From: an uncultured Spirochaetia bacterium | GTDB taxonomy: Bacteria > Desulfobacterota_D > UBA1144 > Nemesobacterales > UBA2774 | NCBI GenBank assembly: GCA_964618635.1 | Contig: CAZUDM010000010.1 | Location: 24,279-88,278, forward strand | DNA length: 64,000 nucleotides | Reading direction: 5' to 3' | In this document: positions 10,656 to 20,439 of the stretch, piece after piece | Position numbering within the stretch: position 1 is the first letter of the stretch | Layout of the letters: every line of letters begins with the position of its first letter | Program-made: the position numbers and the translations under genes | The notes under the pieces: model-generated | Database searches by the model: none | What the model saw: only the letters and a program-made list of their open reading frames with translations | What the model was told of the DNA's origin: nothing

Positions 10656-11552
10656 CTATTTCTTCCCTATTATGCGGACTTCCGTTTCGAGATTTATTCC
10701 CCTTTTTTCGCGCGCCTCTTTTTTCGCCGTTTCTATCAGCGAAAGCACGTCGCTCGCCGTCGCGCCGCCGGCGTTGACTATGAAGTTAGCGTGGAGCTCC
10801 GAAAAGCGCGCCCCGCCGATGCCGTAGCCTTTCAGCCCCAGCTCCTCTATGAGCCTTCCGGCCGCTATTTCGGGCGGATTCTTGAATATGGAGCCGGTGT
10901 TCGACATTTTGATCGGCTGTGTGCGGCTCCTCTTTTCGAGATATTCCTTGACGTTCTTTTCTATTACTGCGCTGTCGCCGGGCTTGAGGCCGAACTCGGC
11001 CCTCGTGATAACGCTCCCGGCAGGTAAGTAGCTCTTCCTGTATTCGAACCTGAGCTCCTCCCTTTTAATCTCAATCTCGCGCCCGCCCGACCACACCCAC
11101 ACGCGCGTGAGACAATCCTTTATCTCCCCTCCGTTCGCTCCGGCGTTCATGAATATCCCGCCGCCGACGGTGCCCGGTATACCAGCCGCGAACTCGAATC
11201 CAGTGAGCCCCGCCTTTATCGTTTTATTGAGTATCGTTCCGAGTATGGCCCCCGTTTCGGCGTGCACATTGCCGTCGTCCCTTATTTCTATCTTGCGGAG
11301 TTTAGTCGTGGATATGACGACGCCGTTAATACCGCCGTCGTAGACGACGGTATTCGAGCCCGCGCCGAGGACAACCCACGGTATGTCCGAGCCCGAAAGG
11401 ATGTCGAGCAGCCTGCACAGCTCGCCGACCGTGTTGGGCGTGACGACGAGCTCCGCCTCGCCGCCGACTCTTAACGAGGTGTACCTGCTCATCGGGTACT
11501 GTTTTTCGACCTCGCACCCCATCTGCTGCGCACTCGCTTCGAATGCCCTCAT
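10656..11552 (-). CDS. murB: UDP-N-acetylenolpyruvoylglucosamine reductase MurB.
   Basis: FAD-binding region (VGGEAELVV...GAGSN). The likely start MRAFEAS at 11552 overlaps the murC stop by 4 nt. The ORF tool extends to 11588. Confidence 0.88.
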   Translation of the reverse strand: MRAFEASAQQMGCEVEKQYPMSRYTSLRVGGEAELVVTPNTVGELCRLLDILSGSDIPWVVLGAGSNTVVYDGGINGVVISTTKLRKIEIRDDGNVHAETGAILGTILNKTIKAGLTGFEFAAGIPGTVGGGIFMNAGANGGEIKDCLTRVWVWSGGREIEIKREELRFEYRKSYLPAGSVITRAEFGLKPGDSAVIEKNVKEYLEKRSRTQPIKMSNTGSIFKNPPEIAAGRLIEELGLKGYGIGGARFSELHANFIVNAGGATASDVLSLIETAKKEAREKRGINLETEVRIIGKK

Positions 11553-12919
11553 CCGATTTCCTCTGCTATCCTTTCCGAGATCATCCATACGTTCCCGGCC
11601 CCCAGCGTTATTACTACGTCCCCCGGCTTTACGCTCTTAAGAACGGTGGGGACGATATCCTCTCCGCTGCCGTTGGAGTAGAAAACATTTTTATGCCCCG
11701 ATTCTTTTATCGATTCGTAGAGCGCCTTCGACGACACGCCCTCTATGGGCTCCTCTCCGGCGGGGTATATGTCGAGTAAATAAAGGACGTCGGTATTTAA
11801 AAGCGCGCGCGTGAAATCGTCGAAGAGAAGGCTCGTCCGCGTATACCTGTGCGGCTGGAATATGGCTACTATTCTCCCGAGCCCGGAGTCCTTCACGGCG
11901 TTCAACGTAGCCCTTATTTCGTTCGGATGGTGTGCGTAATCGTCGAGCACGATGACATCCCCGCCCTTTCCCTTTATCTGAAGACGCCTGTCTATGCCGG
12001 TGAATTCCGAGAGGCCTTCTTTAACCTGCTCGAACGTCATCCCGAGCTCCATGCCCACAGCTACCGCCGCGAGGGCGTTCTGCGCGTTGTGCATACCCGG
12101 GACGTTCAGGCTTATATTCCCTAAAGGCGAGCCGTCCAGAATAACGTCGAAATCCGTCCTGAAGCCGCTTATTTTCACGTTCTCCGCCCGAAGGGACGCG
12201 TCCTTGTTAAATCCGTACGTAACGGCTCTCTTCTCGAAGGATTCCGCTATCTTTTTTACATTCGGACAGTCGGTGCACAAAACGGAAAGTCCGTAGAACG
12301 GCACCTTGTTCACGAAGTCCGTAAACGCCTTTTCGAGCCCCGCGAATGTCTTGTAGTGGTCGAGGTGCTCCTCGTCGATATTGGTGAGGACTGAAATCAC
12401 AGGTGAAAGGAGCAGGAACGAGCCGTCGCTCTCGTCGGCCTCGACGACCATAAAATTGCCTTTACCCAGGCGGGCGTTGGTGCCCATGGTTTTCACCTTG
12501 CCGCCGACTACTATGGTCGGGTCGAGTCCTCCGTGTGAAAGGACGGCCGAAACCATCGACGTCGTGGTCGTCTTCCCATGGCTGCCTGCGACCGCTATGC
12601 CATACCTCAGCCTCATGAGCTCGGCCAGCATCTGCGCCCTTGGTATAACGGGAATGCCCGCCCTCCTGGCTTCGACAACCTCCGGATTCCGCTCGTTCAC
12701 GGCCGACGACACGACGACCACGCCGGCCCCTTCCACGTTTTCGGGGCTGTGGCCTATGGTCACCCTGGCACCGACCTCCCTTAATCTATTTACAGTGGCG
12801 GACTCCTTCATGTCGGAGCCCGTGATCGTATATCCCATGTTTACGAGGACTTCGGCTATGCCGCTCATGCCTATGCCGCCGATGCCTACAAAATGTATTC
12901 TTTTAATTCTTCCGTACAC
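11549..12919 (-). CDS. murC: UDP-N-acetylmuramate--L-alanine ligase MurC.
   Basis: N-terminal HFVGIGGIGMSGIA and Mur-ligase P-loop GSHGKTTTT. Confidence 0.93.
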   Translation of the reverse strand: MYGRIKRIHFVGIGGIGMSGIAEVLVNMGYTITGSDMKESATVNRLREVGARVTIGHSPENVEGAGVVVVSSAVNERNPEVVEARRAGIPVIPRAQMLAELMRLRYGIAVAGSHGKTTTTSMVSAVLSHGGLDPTIVVGGKVKTMGTNARLGKGNFMVVEADESDGSFLLLSPVISVLTNIDEEHLDHYKTFAGLEKAFTDFVNKVPFYGLSVLCTDCPNVKKIAESFEKRAVTYGFNKDASLRAENVKISGFRTDFDVILDGSPLGNISLNVPGMHNAQNALAAVAVGMELGMTFEQVKEGLSEFTGIDRRLQIKGKGGDVIVLDDYAHHPNEIRATLNAVKDSGLGRIVAIFQPHRYTRTSLLFDDFTRALLNTDVLYLLDIYPAGEEPIEGVSSKALYESIKESGHKNVFYSNGSGEDIVPTVLKSVKPGDVVITLGAGNVWMISERIAEEIG

Positions 12920-13989
12920 TAATTCACTCCTGCCAGCATATATATCCGGTCGACTATATCCGAAGCCGCGCCGGGCCTTCCGAGCGCCTTCGCCGCCCGG
13001 GACATCGTATGTAGTTTGTCTATCTGAAGCACGTTGGTCAATGCCTCCCTGAGATTGCCGGGCTCTGCTTCTCTATCTGCTATGACGACCGCGGCGCCGA
13101 CCTTTTCGAGGGCCCGCGCATTGGCCATCTGGTGATCGTTCGTGGCGAACGGGTAGGGAATCAATAGGGACGGTTTTCCGAGGGCCGTTATCTCGGCGAC
13201 TGTGCCCGCTCCCGAGCGGGCTATGACGAAGTCGGCCTCTGCGTAACTACCCGCCATGTCGTCTATGAACGGCAGGACGCGCGCGGATATACCGTAATTT
13301 TCGTAGGCTTTTTTCACGGTATCGACGTCCTTCGCGCCAGTCTGATGAATGACCGAAATATCGTTTCTTCCGAGCATCGAGAGCGCTTCGGGTACGGACT
13401 CGTTTAACCTCCGGGCCCCCTGGCTCCCGCCGAAGATGAGTACAGTAAGCCCGCCGGTCCTATCCCCGGCCGGCTTTCCCGTGAGAAGGTCCTTTCTTAT
13501 GGGGTTACCCGTCATGACGACTTTACCCCTGGGAAAGAACGCCGCGGCGGCATCGAATGTCGTGAAGACCTTCTTCACGAATTTCCCGAGTATGCGGTTC
13601 GCGATCCCTGGATAGGCGTTCTGCTCGCATATAGCCGTCGGGATGCCCCGAATAGACGCCGCCAGCACCATCGGCCCGGATACGTAGCCGCCCACGCCCA
13701 GAACGAAGTCGGGTTTGAACGATTTCAGAATCGACATCGAATCGAGTATTCCGTTTGCAGCCGCGAATGCCGCCTTCACGCTCCTTATCATTCCGCTCCC
13801 CTTCATCCCCCGCGCGGTTATATGCTCTATCCTGTAGCCCCTTTTCGAGAGAATCCGGTTTTCGAGCCCCGTCTTCGTTCCGACGAAGAGCACCTCGTTC
13901 GAGCCGTCTCTCCCCAGAATCTCTTCGGCGACGGACACCGCGGGAAAGATATGCCCTCCCGTACCGCCGCCGGCTATTATCACTTTCAT
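12919..13989 (-). CDS. murG: Undecaprenyl-PP-MurNAc-pentapeptide UDP-GlcNAc transferase MurG.
   Basis: MKVIIAGGGTGGHIFPA N-terminal glycosyltransferase motif. The ORF-track 5' extension to 14430 is an Arg-rich read-through into ftsW. The true start at 13989 overlaps the ftsW stop by 4 nt. Confidence 0.9.
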   Translation of the reverse strand: MKVIIAGGGTGGHIFPAVSVAEEILGRDGSNEVLFVGTKTGLENRILSKRGYRIEHITARGMKGSGMIRSVKAAFAAANGILDSMSILKSFKPDFVLGVGGYVSGPMVLAASIRGIPTAICEQNAYPGIANRILGKFVKKVFTTFDAAAAFFPRGKVVMTGNPIRKDLLTGKPAGDRTGGLTVLIFGGSQGARRLNESVPEALSMLGRNDISVIHQTGAKDVDTVKKAYENYGISARVLPFIDDMAGSYAEADFVIARSGAGTVAEITALGKPSLLIPYPFATNDHQMANARALEKVGAAVVIADREAEPGNLREALTNVLQIDKLHTMSRAAKALGRPGAASDIVDRIYMLAGVN

Positions 13990-15101
13990 CTCGCACCCGA
14001 GCGCGAGACGTTCAATATTATTCCGATCGCCGAAAGGCAAACTATGAGCGACGAGCCGCCGTAGCTGATGAACGGCAGCGTCAATCCCTTCGTCGGGAAG
14101 AGCCCGACGGCGACGGCCATGTTTATACCCGCCTGAATCGCTATGAGGAGTATGCAGCCGAAGACGAGGTAGCATCCGAAGAGGTCGGGGGCGCGGAGAG
14201 AGACCCTTAAGCTCCTTATGAAGAGGACCGCGAAGCCCGCTATGACGAGCGCTATCCCGATGAAGCCGAGCTCCTCGCCTATTATTGAGAATATGAAGTC
14301 CGTATGCGCCTGCGGCAGGAAGAAGAGCTTCTGCGAGCTGTCGCCGAGCCCCGTGCCGTACACGCCGCCGAGGGCGAACGCTATGAAGGACTGTATCGCC
14401 TGGTAGCCCGAGCCGAGCGGGTCCTGCCACGGGTCCATGAACGACGTGACGCGGTTCATCCTGTAGCCCTTGGTCAAAACAGCGATTACCAGAAATATGA
14501 CAGATATTACGCCCACCGGTATCAGGTACTTCATCTTCACGTCGCCGATGAAAAGCATGCCGAAAAGGACTGTCATCATTATCGTGGCGCTTCCAAAATC
14601 CGGTTCGAGCAGCACGAGGAGCACGTAAACCCCAGCGACGAGGACGTGGGAAGCGAAGCCGACTACGAAATTATCGAGCTTGTCCCTCTTTTTCGTGAGC
14701 GAGTGTGCGAGGTAAAAGACCAGTATGTACTTCGCGACTTCGGACGGCTGGAACGTGAAGAACCCGAGGTCTATCCACCTCCGCGCGCCGCCGACTTCCT
14801 TTCCTACCCCGGGTATGAGGACTATTATCAGCATCAGGAGCCCGAAGAGATACGCCGGATAGACGAACTTTCTCAGGAACCTGTAATCGATATGCATCAG
14901 AAAGAGCATCGAGATCAGGCCGATGCCGAGGTATATGGAATGCCTTATAAGAAAATAATTGGCGTTCCCGTACATCTCGAGCGAGTAGATCGAGCTCGTG
15001 CTGTAAACCATGAGGACGCCCACGGCTACCAGGAACGCGGCCGAGAGGATAACCCCCACATCGTAACTGCCACCTTTCACCGAATTAAATATTTGTAACA
15101 A
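13986..15101 (-). CDS. ftsW: Peptidoglycan glycosyltransferase FtsW (SEDS family).
   Basis: Ten-TM SEDS protein. The start is uncertain: probably TTG near 15101 preceded by GGAGG. The ORF tool extends to 15194, inside murD. Confidence 0.85.
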   Translation of the reverse strand: MLQIFNSVKGGSYDVGVILSAAFLVAVGVLMVYSTSSIYSLEMYGNANYFLIRHSIYLGIGLISMLFLMHIDYRFLRKFVYPAYLFGLLMLIIVLIPGVGKEVGGARRWIDLGFFTFQPSEVAKYILVFYLAHSLTKKRDKLDNFVVGFASHVLVAGVYVLLVLLEPDFGSATIMMTVLFGMLFIGDVKMKYLIPVGVISVIFLVIAVLTKGYRMNRVTSFMDPWQDPLGSGYQAIQSFIAFALGGVYGTGLGDSSQKLFFLPQAHTDFIFSIIGEELGFIGIALVIAGFAVLFIRSLRVSLRAPDLFGCYLVFGCILLIAIQAGINMAVAVGLFPTKGLTLPFISYGGSSLIVCLSAIGIILNVSRSGAR

Positions 15102-16407
15102 TGTCCTTATACCTCCTTCCTCTTTCTTCGTAGGAGCTGAACATATCGAAGCTCGAGCATGCGGGCGAGAAAAGAACCGTATCGCCTGGGGCAAGGCTTC
15201 CGAGGGTTTTATCGACGGCGTCTTCGAGAGAGTCCGCCAGCACAGAGTCGGCGTCCCCTCCCAGATCTTCCTTCATTCTGAATCTCGATTCACCGAAAAG
15301 AACCAGGAGCTTTACCTTCTCCCGTACGGAATTCCTGAGAGGGTCGTAGCTTACACCCTTGTCCTTGCCGCCCGCGATCAGGATTATCGGCGCGGGGAGA
15401 CTTTCGAGCGCGCGGAGCGTCGCCCCGGGGCTCGTGGATTTGGAATCGTTATAAAATTTTGCGCCCCTTATCTCGCCCAGGTACTCGTTCCTGTGGGGGA
15501 GGGGACCAAACTCGACGACCGCCCTTCTTATAACCTCCGGCTCCGCTCCCATGACACGCGTCGCCGCTATGGCCGCCATAACGTTCTCGACGTTGTGATA
15601 GCCCGCGAGCTTCATGCCGGTGAGGTCGTAGGTCTCGCCGCCGAATTCGACCGAGGTACCGTCGTAGGAGACAGCGTTCCCCGGCCCTCCGAACGGGAAC
15701 TTCTTCGATTTTACACGTTCTACATAGCCGGCAATTACCTCATCATCGACCTTGTAGATGCACCAGTCAGCGGCGGTCTGGTTGGCGAATATGTTCATCT
15801 TCGATTCGGCGTACTCTTCGAACGACGAATGATGGTCGAGGTGGTTCGGAGAGACGTTGAGTATGACGGCGACGTTCGGGCGGAATGTCTTCACACCCTG
15901 GAGCTGGAAGCTGCTGAGCTCTAGCACGAGTATATCGTATTCCTCCTCCTTTCCGACTATAGAGATAAGCGGCGTGCCTATATTAGCTCCTAGGAACACT
16001 CGCTTTCCGCTCTTCCGGAGTATGTCGGCGATGAGTGTCGACGTAGTGGTCTTGCCGTTCGAGCCCGTGACGGCTATGACGGGCTTGTCTATGAACCTCG
16101 ACGCGAGCTCGACCTCACTCATGATCTCGACGCCTTTCCTCGCAGCCTCGGCGAGCGGCGGTATATTGAAGGGCACACCCGGGCTCGGAATTATGACGTC
16201 GGCCGAGAGGAATGTTTCGGTCGTATGCCCGCCCGTTTCGAGCTCGACTCCGAGGGCTTTCAGCGTATCCGCTTTCTCGCCGAGCTTTTCTTCGGAAGCG
16301 CCGTCGCTTAACGACACGGACGCCCCCTTCGCGACGAGGAACCTCGCGGTTTCCATTCCTGTTTTTCCGGCCCCTACGACGAGCACCTTCATTCCTTTAA
16401 GCTCCAT
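15085..16407 (-). CDS. murD: UDP-N-acetylmuramoylalanine--D-glutamate ligase MurD.
   Basis: N-terminal Rossmann fold (VLVVGAGKTGME) and Mur-ligase P-loop GSNGKTTT. Confidence 0.93.
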   Translation of the reverse strand: MELKGMKVLVVGAGKTGMETARFLVAKGASVSLSDGASEEKLGEKADTLKALGVELETGGHTTETFLSADVIIPSPGVPFNIPPLAEAARKGVEIMSEVELASRFIDKPVIAVTGSNGKTTTSTLIADILRKSGKRVFLGANIGTPLISIVGKEEEYDILVLELSSFQLQGVKTFRPNVAVILNVSPNHLDHHSSFEEYAESKMNIFANQTAADWCIYKVDDEVIAGYVERVKSKKFPFGGPGNAVSYDGTSVEFGGETYDLTGMKLAGYHNVENVMAAIAATRVMGAEPEVIRRAVVEFGPLPHRNEYLGEIRGAKFYNDSKSTSPGATLRALESLPAPIILIAGGKDKGVSYDPLRNSVREKVKLLVLFGESRFRMKEDLGGDADSVLADSLEDAVDKTLGSLAPGDTVLFSPACSSFDMFSSYEERGRRYKDIVTNI

Positions 16408-16452
16408 AAGATTTCATTCACCGTGCCTTTTATGCGTAAATCTCCTTCCCCT

Positions 16453-17562
16453 TTATCTCAGCTTGAGCGTCGAAAGCGCGAACAGCGAGAGAACGAGGCA
16501 TATGATCCAGAAACGTATCACTACCTTCGACTCCGACCAGCCGCTGAGCTCGAAGTGATGATGAAGGGGAGCCATCCTGAAAACCCTTTTTCTCGTGAGC
16601 TTGAAAGACGTGACCTGTATTATCACTGACATCGCCTCGGCGACGAAAATACCGCCCACGATTATGAGAATTATTTCCTGTTTTATTATCAGCGCGACGG
16701 AGCCTATCGCGGCGCCGAGAGCGAGAGAGCCGACGTCGCCCATGAAAACCTGCGCGGGGTGCGAGTTATACCAGAGGAACCCGAGACACGCCCCGCCCAC
16801 TGCCGCCAGAAACACAGCCAGCTCGCCCGCCTCCGGGATATAAGGTATCTGGAGATATTTCGAGAATTCCGCGTTACCTGCTAGGTAAGCGAATATGATG
16901 TACGTCCCCGCCGCGACGACTATAGCCCCTATGGCGAGCCCGTCGAGCCCGTCAGTGAGGTTGACGCCGTTCGACGCCCCGACGACTGTAAGCACCGCGA
17001 AGGGCAGGTAGAGCCAGCCGAGATTGATAACGGCCTTTTTAAAGAACGGGAGCATGACGGACGTGAACGAATAGTCCGCCGTTTTGTCGGCGCTGAGGGC
17101 CATCTTGAAGCCGTCTATATCGGACATTAAAACGAGCACGAAGAGTATTGCGAAAAATATCTGGAGGACGAATTTTTCCCTCGCCTTCATCCCCTTTTTT
17201 CTCGTGAACTTGAGCCAGTCGTCGAGAAACCCTATGAGGCCGTAGCTCAGTGTAAAGAGAATCACGGCCCAGACGACCTCGCTCGTTATGTTGGTCCAAA
17301 GGAGGGCCGAGAACGTAATAGCTATGACTATGAACGCCCCGCCCATTGTCGGCGTTCCGGCCTTCGATTTGTGAGTCTCGGGGCCGTCGTCCCTTATGTT
17401 TTCCCTGAACTGCCTCCTCGTCAGGAACCTGATGAACACACCGCCGAGAACGAGGCTTATGAGAAAAGCCGTAACGCCCGCGCCGAACGAGCGGAAGGTG
17501 AGGTATCTGAACACGTTGAACAGAATAGAATCGCTATTAAGCAGATAAAGCAGGTAAAACAT
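16453..17562 (-). CDS. mraY: Phospho-N-acetylmuramoyl-pentapeptide transferase MraY.
   Basis: Polytopic membrane protein with the MraY signature (NLTDGLDGLA...HHHFEL). Confidence 0.93.
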   Translation of the reverse strand: MFYLLYLLNSDSILFNVFRYLTFRSFGAGVTAFLISLVLGGVFIRFLTRRQFRENIRDDGPETHKSKAGTPTMGGAFIVIAITFSALLWTNITSEVVWAVILFTLSYGLIGFLDDWLKFTRKKGMKAREKFVLQIFFAILFVLVLMSDIDGFKMALSADKTADYSFTSVMLPFFKKAVINLGWLYLPFAVLTVVGASNGVNLTDGLDGLAIGAIVVAAGTYIIFAYLAGNAEFSKYLQIPYIPEAGELAVFLAAVGGACLGFLWYNSHPAQVFMGDVGSLALGAAIGSVALIIKQEIILIIVGGIFVAEAMSVIIQVTSFKLTRKRVFRMAPLHHHFELSGWSESKVVIRFWIICLVLSLFALSTLKLR

Positions 17563-17564
17563 AC

Positions 17565-18929
17565 CTAAGCTCCTTCCATGAGCAGCTTTGTTACTTCTTC
17601 CATGCGCATTCCGCGCGACCCCTTTACGAGCACCATGTCTCCCTCGCGGGCGGCTTCGGCGACAGCCCTTGCGGCCTCGCCGTAGGTCTTCGCGTGAACA
17701 CCCTTCCCAGCCCCTTCGATGACGTCTCCGCCGAAATTGCCGTAGGCGACGACGACGTCAACGCCCGCGCCGGATATATATTCGCCGAGGGCCCTGTGCT
17801 CCGGCCCGCTCGCTTCCCCGAGTTCCAGCATGTCGCCTATGACGGCTATCGACCTTCCACTGCCTTTCAGCGCGACGAGCTCGTTTACGGCGCTCCTTAT
17901 GGAATCGGGGTTGGCGTTGTAGGTGTCGTTGATTATGCCGAATCCCGCCGGGCTCCTTAGAACTTCGAGCCTCATCTTGCCGGGCTTGAACCCTTCGAGC
18001 CCCGCTCTTATCTCGTCCGGCCCGCAGCCGAGTGAATAGGCTATACCGGCCGCGGAGAGCGCATTCATCACGTTATGAAGCCCTATACCGTTTATGCGGA
18101 GGGGCATCTCCTTGCCCATAAAACTCATTACAAACCTGATGCCCGTAAGACCTTCCTGGACTATATCCTTTGCCCGAAGGGACGCGTTTTCGTTTTTTAT
18201 GCCGTAGGTGAGCTTCTTGCAGTTTGTTTTCGACGCTATGCTTTCGACGCGGGGATCGTCCAGATTGACTACGAATATATTATCAGGGCCGAAGGATTCC
18301 ACCAGCTCGCCTTTTGCCCTGGCTACGCCGTCGAGGCCCCCCAGCTTTTCGAGGTGAGCCCTGCCGATGTTCGTTATCGCACCGACGTCCGGACGCGATA
18401 TCTCGGAGAGCCTCTTTATCTCGCCGAAGTCGTTCATTCCGAGCTCGACGACGGCCCTTTCGTAACTCCCGTCGAGCCCTAAGAGCGTCAGAGGAAGCCC
18501 TATCAGGTTATTAAAATTGCCCGTGTTCTTGTGCGTATGGAATTTAAGCGAGACGATAGCCGCCGACATTTCCTTCGTCGTCGTTTTCCCGTTGGAGCCC
18601 GTGATAGCCGCGAGCCTTAAAGACGGGAAGCTCATCCTCCAGGCGGAGGCGAAGTCGCCGAGCGCTTTTAGCGTAGATTGGACAACAATAAGCGGTTTTG
18701 ACGAATCCGATTTACGGGAGGCCTTTTCCACGACTGCCGCAGCCGCGCCCTTCCCGAGCGCCTCGTCCACGAATCCGTGGCCGTCGTAATTATCGCCTCT
18801 TAACGCGAAGAATAACTCTCCCGGGCGCACCTTTCTCGAATCGGTCGAGACGCCGGAGAATGACTCCGGGCCGCTTCCCGAAACAAGCCTGCCTTTGGTA
18901 GAATCGAGAACAAAGCTAAGCTCGAACAT
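17565..18929 (-). CDS. murF: UDP-MurNAc-tripeptide--D-alanyl-D-alanine ligase MurF.
   Basis: Mur-ligase P-loop GSNGKTTTKE in its expected dcw position. Confidence 0.9.
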   Translation of the reverse strand: MFELSFVLDSTKGRLVSGSGPESFSGVSTDSRKVRPGELFFALRGDNYDGHGFVDEALGKGAAAAVVEKASRKSDSSKPLIVVQSTLKALGDFASAWRMSFPSLRLAAITGSNGKTTTKEMSAAIVSLKFHTHKNTGNFNNLIGLPLTLLGLDGSYERAVVELGMNDFGEIKRLSEISRPDVGAITNIGRAHLEKLGGLDGVARAKGELVESFGPDNIFVVNLDDPRVESIASKTNCKKLTYGIKNENASLRAKDIVQEGLTGIRFVMSFMGKEMPLRINGIGLHNVMNALSAAGIAYSLGCGPDEIRAGLEGFKPGKMRLEVLRSPAGFGIINDTYNANPDSIRSAVNELVALKGSGRSIAVIGDMLELGEASGPEHRALGEYISGAGVDVVVAYGNFGGDVIEGAGKGVHAKTYGEAARAVAEAAREGDMVLVKGSRGMRMEEVTKLLMEGA

Positions 18930-18945
18930 CCTCCCACCGGAAACC

Positions 18946-20439
18946 CTAGTTTGATTTTTTCTTTATCGCCTCGGCCGCGGCCTTCCTGTCGTCGAAGGGG
19001 TGCTTCACGGTGCCGACTATCTGGTAATCCTCGTGCCCCTTACCGGCTATTAGCACTGTGTCGCCGGGCCGCGCGATGTCGATTGCCTCTTTAATCGCCG
19101 CGCGCCTGTCTTCTATTCTTGAATAATCTTTTCCCCCCGCACCAATGGCCTCTTTTACGCCCCGCTCGATGTCGTCGAGTATGCTCGCAGGGGATTCGGT
19201 GCGCGGGTTGTCGGAGGTTATTATGAGGACGTCCGAAAGCTCGATCCCTATCCTGCCCATGATGGGCCTTTTGGCCCTGTCCCTGTCGCCGCCGCATCCG
19301 AAGACGAGTATTACCCGTCCCGGCGTGAGCGGCCTTACGGCCGTGAGGACGTTTTCGAGCGCGTCAGGGGTGTGCGCGTAATCCACTAGCACCTCGAACC
19401 CGCAGCGGTTTTCGACGCGCTCGAGCCTTCCTGGGACTACCGAAAACCGGGCGAGCCCGTCCTCGACCTCTTCAGGCGTGGAGCCCGTGGCGAGCGCAGC
19501 GGACGCCGCCGCGAGAATGTTCGAGAGATTGTGCTCGCCGAAGAGGCGCGAGCTCACTTCGAGCCTGCCCCAGGGCGTATTGACGTCGGCCGATATGCCG
19601 CTTCCCGTGACGCTGTGCTCGAACGTATAAACGGCGGCGTTCGGATTATCTATGGAGTAGGTTATTACTTCGCCGGCCGCTTCGTCCGCGATCTCCCGCC
19701 CGGAAGGGTCGTCTATATTTATTATGGAAAATTTCCGCGCCTTGTGGCTGTCTCTCAGGAGCTCGGTGAACAGCCTCTTTTTTACGTTCCTGTAGTTCTC
19801 CATGCTGCCGTGGTAATCGAGGTGGTCTTGGGTGAGGTTCGTAAATACCGCGGCGTCGAATTCGCATCCGAGAGCCCGGTCCTTGTCTATAGCGTGCGAA
19901 GACACTTCCATGGCCACCCTGTCCACTCCGGAATCCCGCATCTCGCCGAGAAGCCTCATTATCTCGATCGATTCGGGCGTCGTCATCGGCGCGTCGATCT
20001 TCCGGCCCGAAAACCGGTAGTCGATGGTCCCGATAACGCCCGGATTTTTCTTTCCTTCTTTCCAGATAGATTCGAGGAGGTATGTTATCGTGGTCTTGCC
20101 GTTAGTGCCCGTGATGCCGACCATCGTAAGGGACCGGGCGGGCCGGCCGTAAAAGTTGGCCGCGGCCCCGGCAAGCGCAACCCTCGAATCTTCGACTTCA
20201 ACCACCGTGACGCCGTCCGGAATATTGTCCGGAACGCGTTCGAGCAGCAAAGCTGCGGCGCCCCTCTCAAGCGCCGGCTTTATATAGCTGTGTCCGTCCT
20301 GCTTTTCCCCGCGCAGCGCGGCGAAGAGATACCCGCGTTCGACCTTCTGCGAATCAAGTGCAATCCCTGAAATCTCGAATCCGCCGTCGCCATGTATCTT
20401 CCTGATCTCTATTCCGTTCAGTAATTCATTTAAAATCAT
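18946..20439 (-). CDS. murE: UDP-MurNAc-L-Ala-D-Glu--2,6-diaminopimelate ligase MurE.
   Basis: GTNGKTT P-loop. The start MILNELL at 20439 overlaps the ftsI stop by 4 nt. The ORF tool extends to 20565. Confidence 0.9.
   Translation of the reverse strand: MILNELLNGIEIRKIHGDGGFEISGIALDSQKVERGYLFAALRGEKQDGHSYIKPALERGAAALLLERVPDNIPDGVTVVEVEDSRVALAGAAANFYGRPARSLTMVGITGTNGKTTITYLLESIWKEGKKNPGVIGTIDYRFSGRKIDAPMTTPESIEIMRLLGEMRDSGVDRVAMEVSSHAIDKDRALGCEFDAAVFTNLTQDHLDYHGSMENYRNVKKRLFTELLRDSHKARKFSIINIDDPSGREIADEAAGEVITYSIDNPNAAVYTFEHSVTGSGISADVNTPWGRLEVSSRLFGEHNLSNILAAASAALATGSTPEEVEDGLARFSVVPGRLERVENRCGFEVLVDYAHTPDALENVLTAVRPLTPGRVILVFGCGGDRDRAKRPIMGRIGIELSDVLIITSDNPRTESPASILDDIERGVKEAIGAGGKDYSRIEDRRAAIKEAIDIARPGDTVLIAGKGHEDYQIVGTVKHPFDDRKAAAEAIKKKSN

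Noticed and set aside
12919-14430. A 503-aa MurG ORF with a 147-aa Arg-rich N-terminal extension.
   Set aside because: The extension overlaps the ftsW coding region in another frame and has atypical composition. The canonical MKVIIAGGGTGGH start at 13989 overlaps the ftsW stop by 4 nt.
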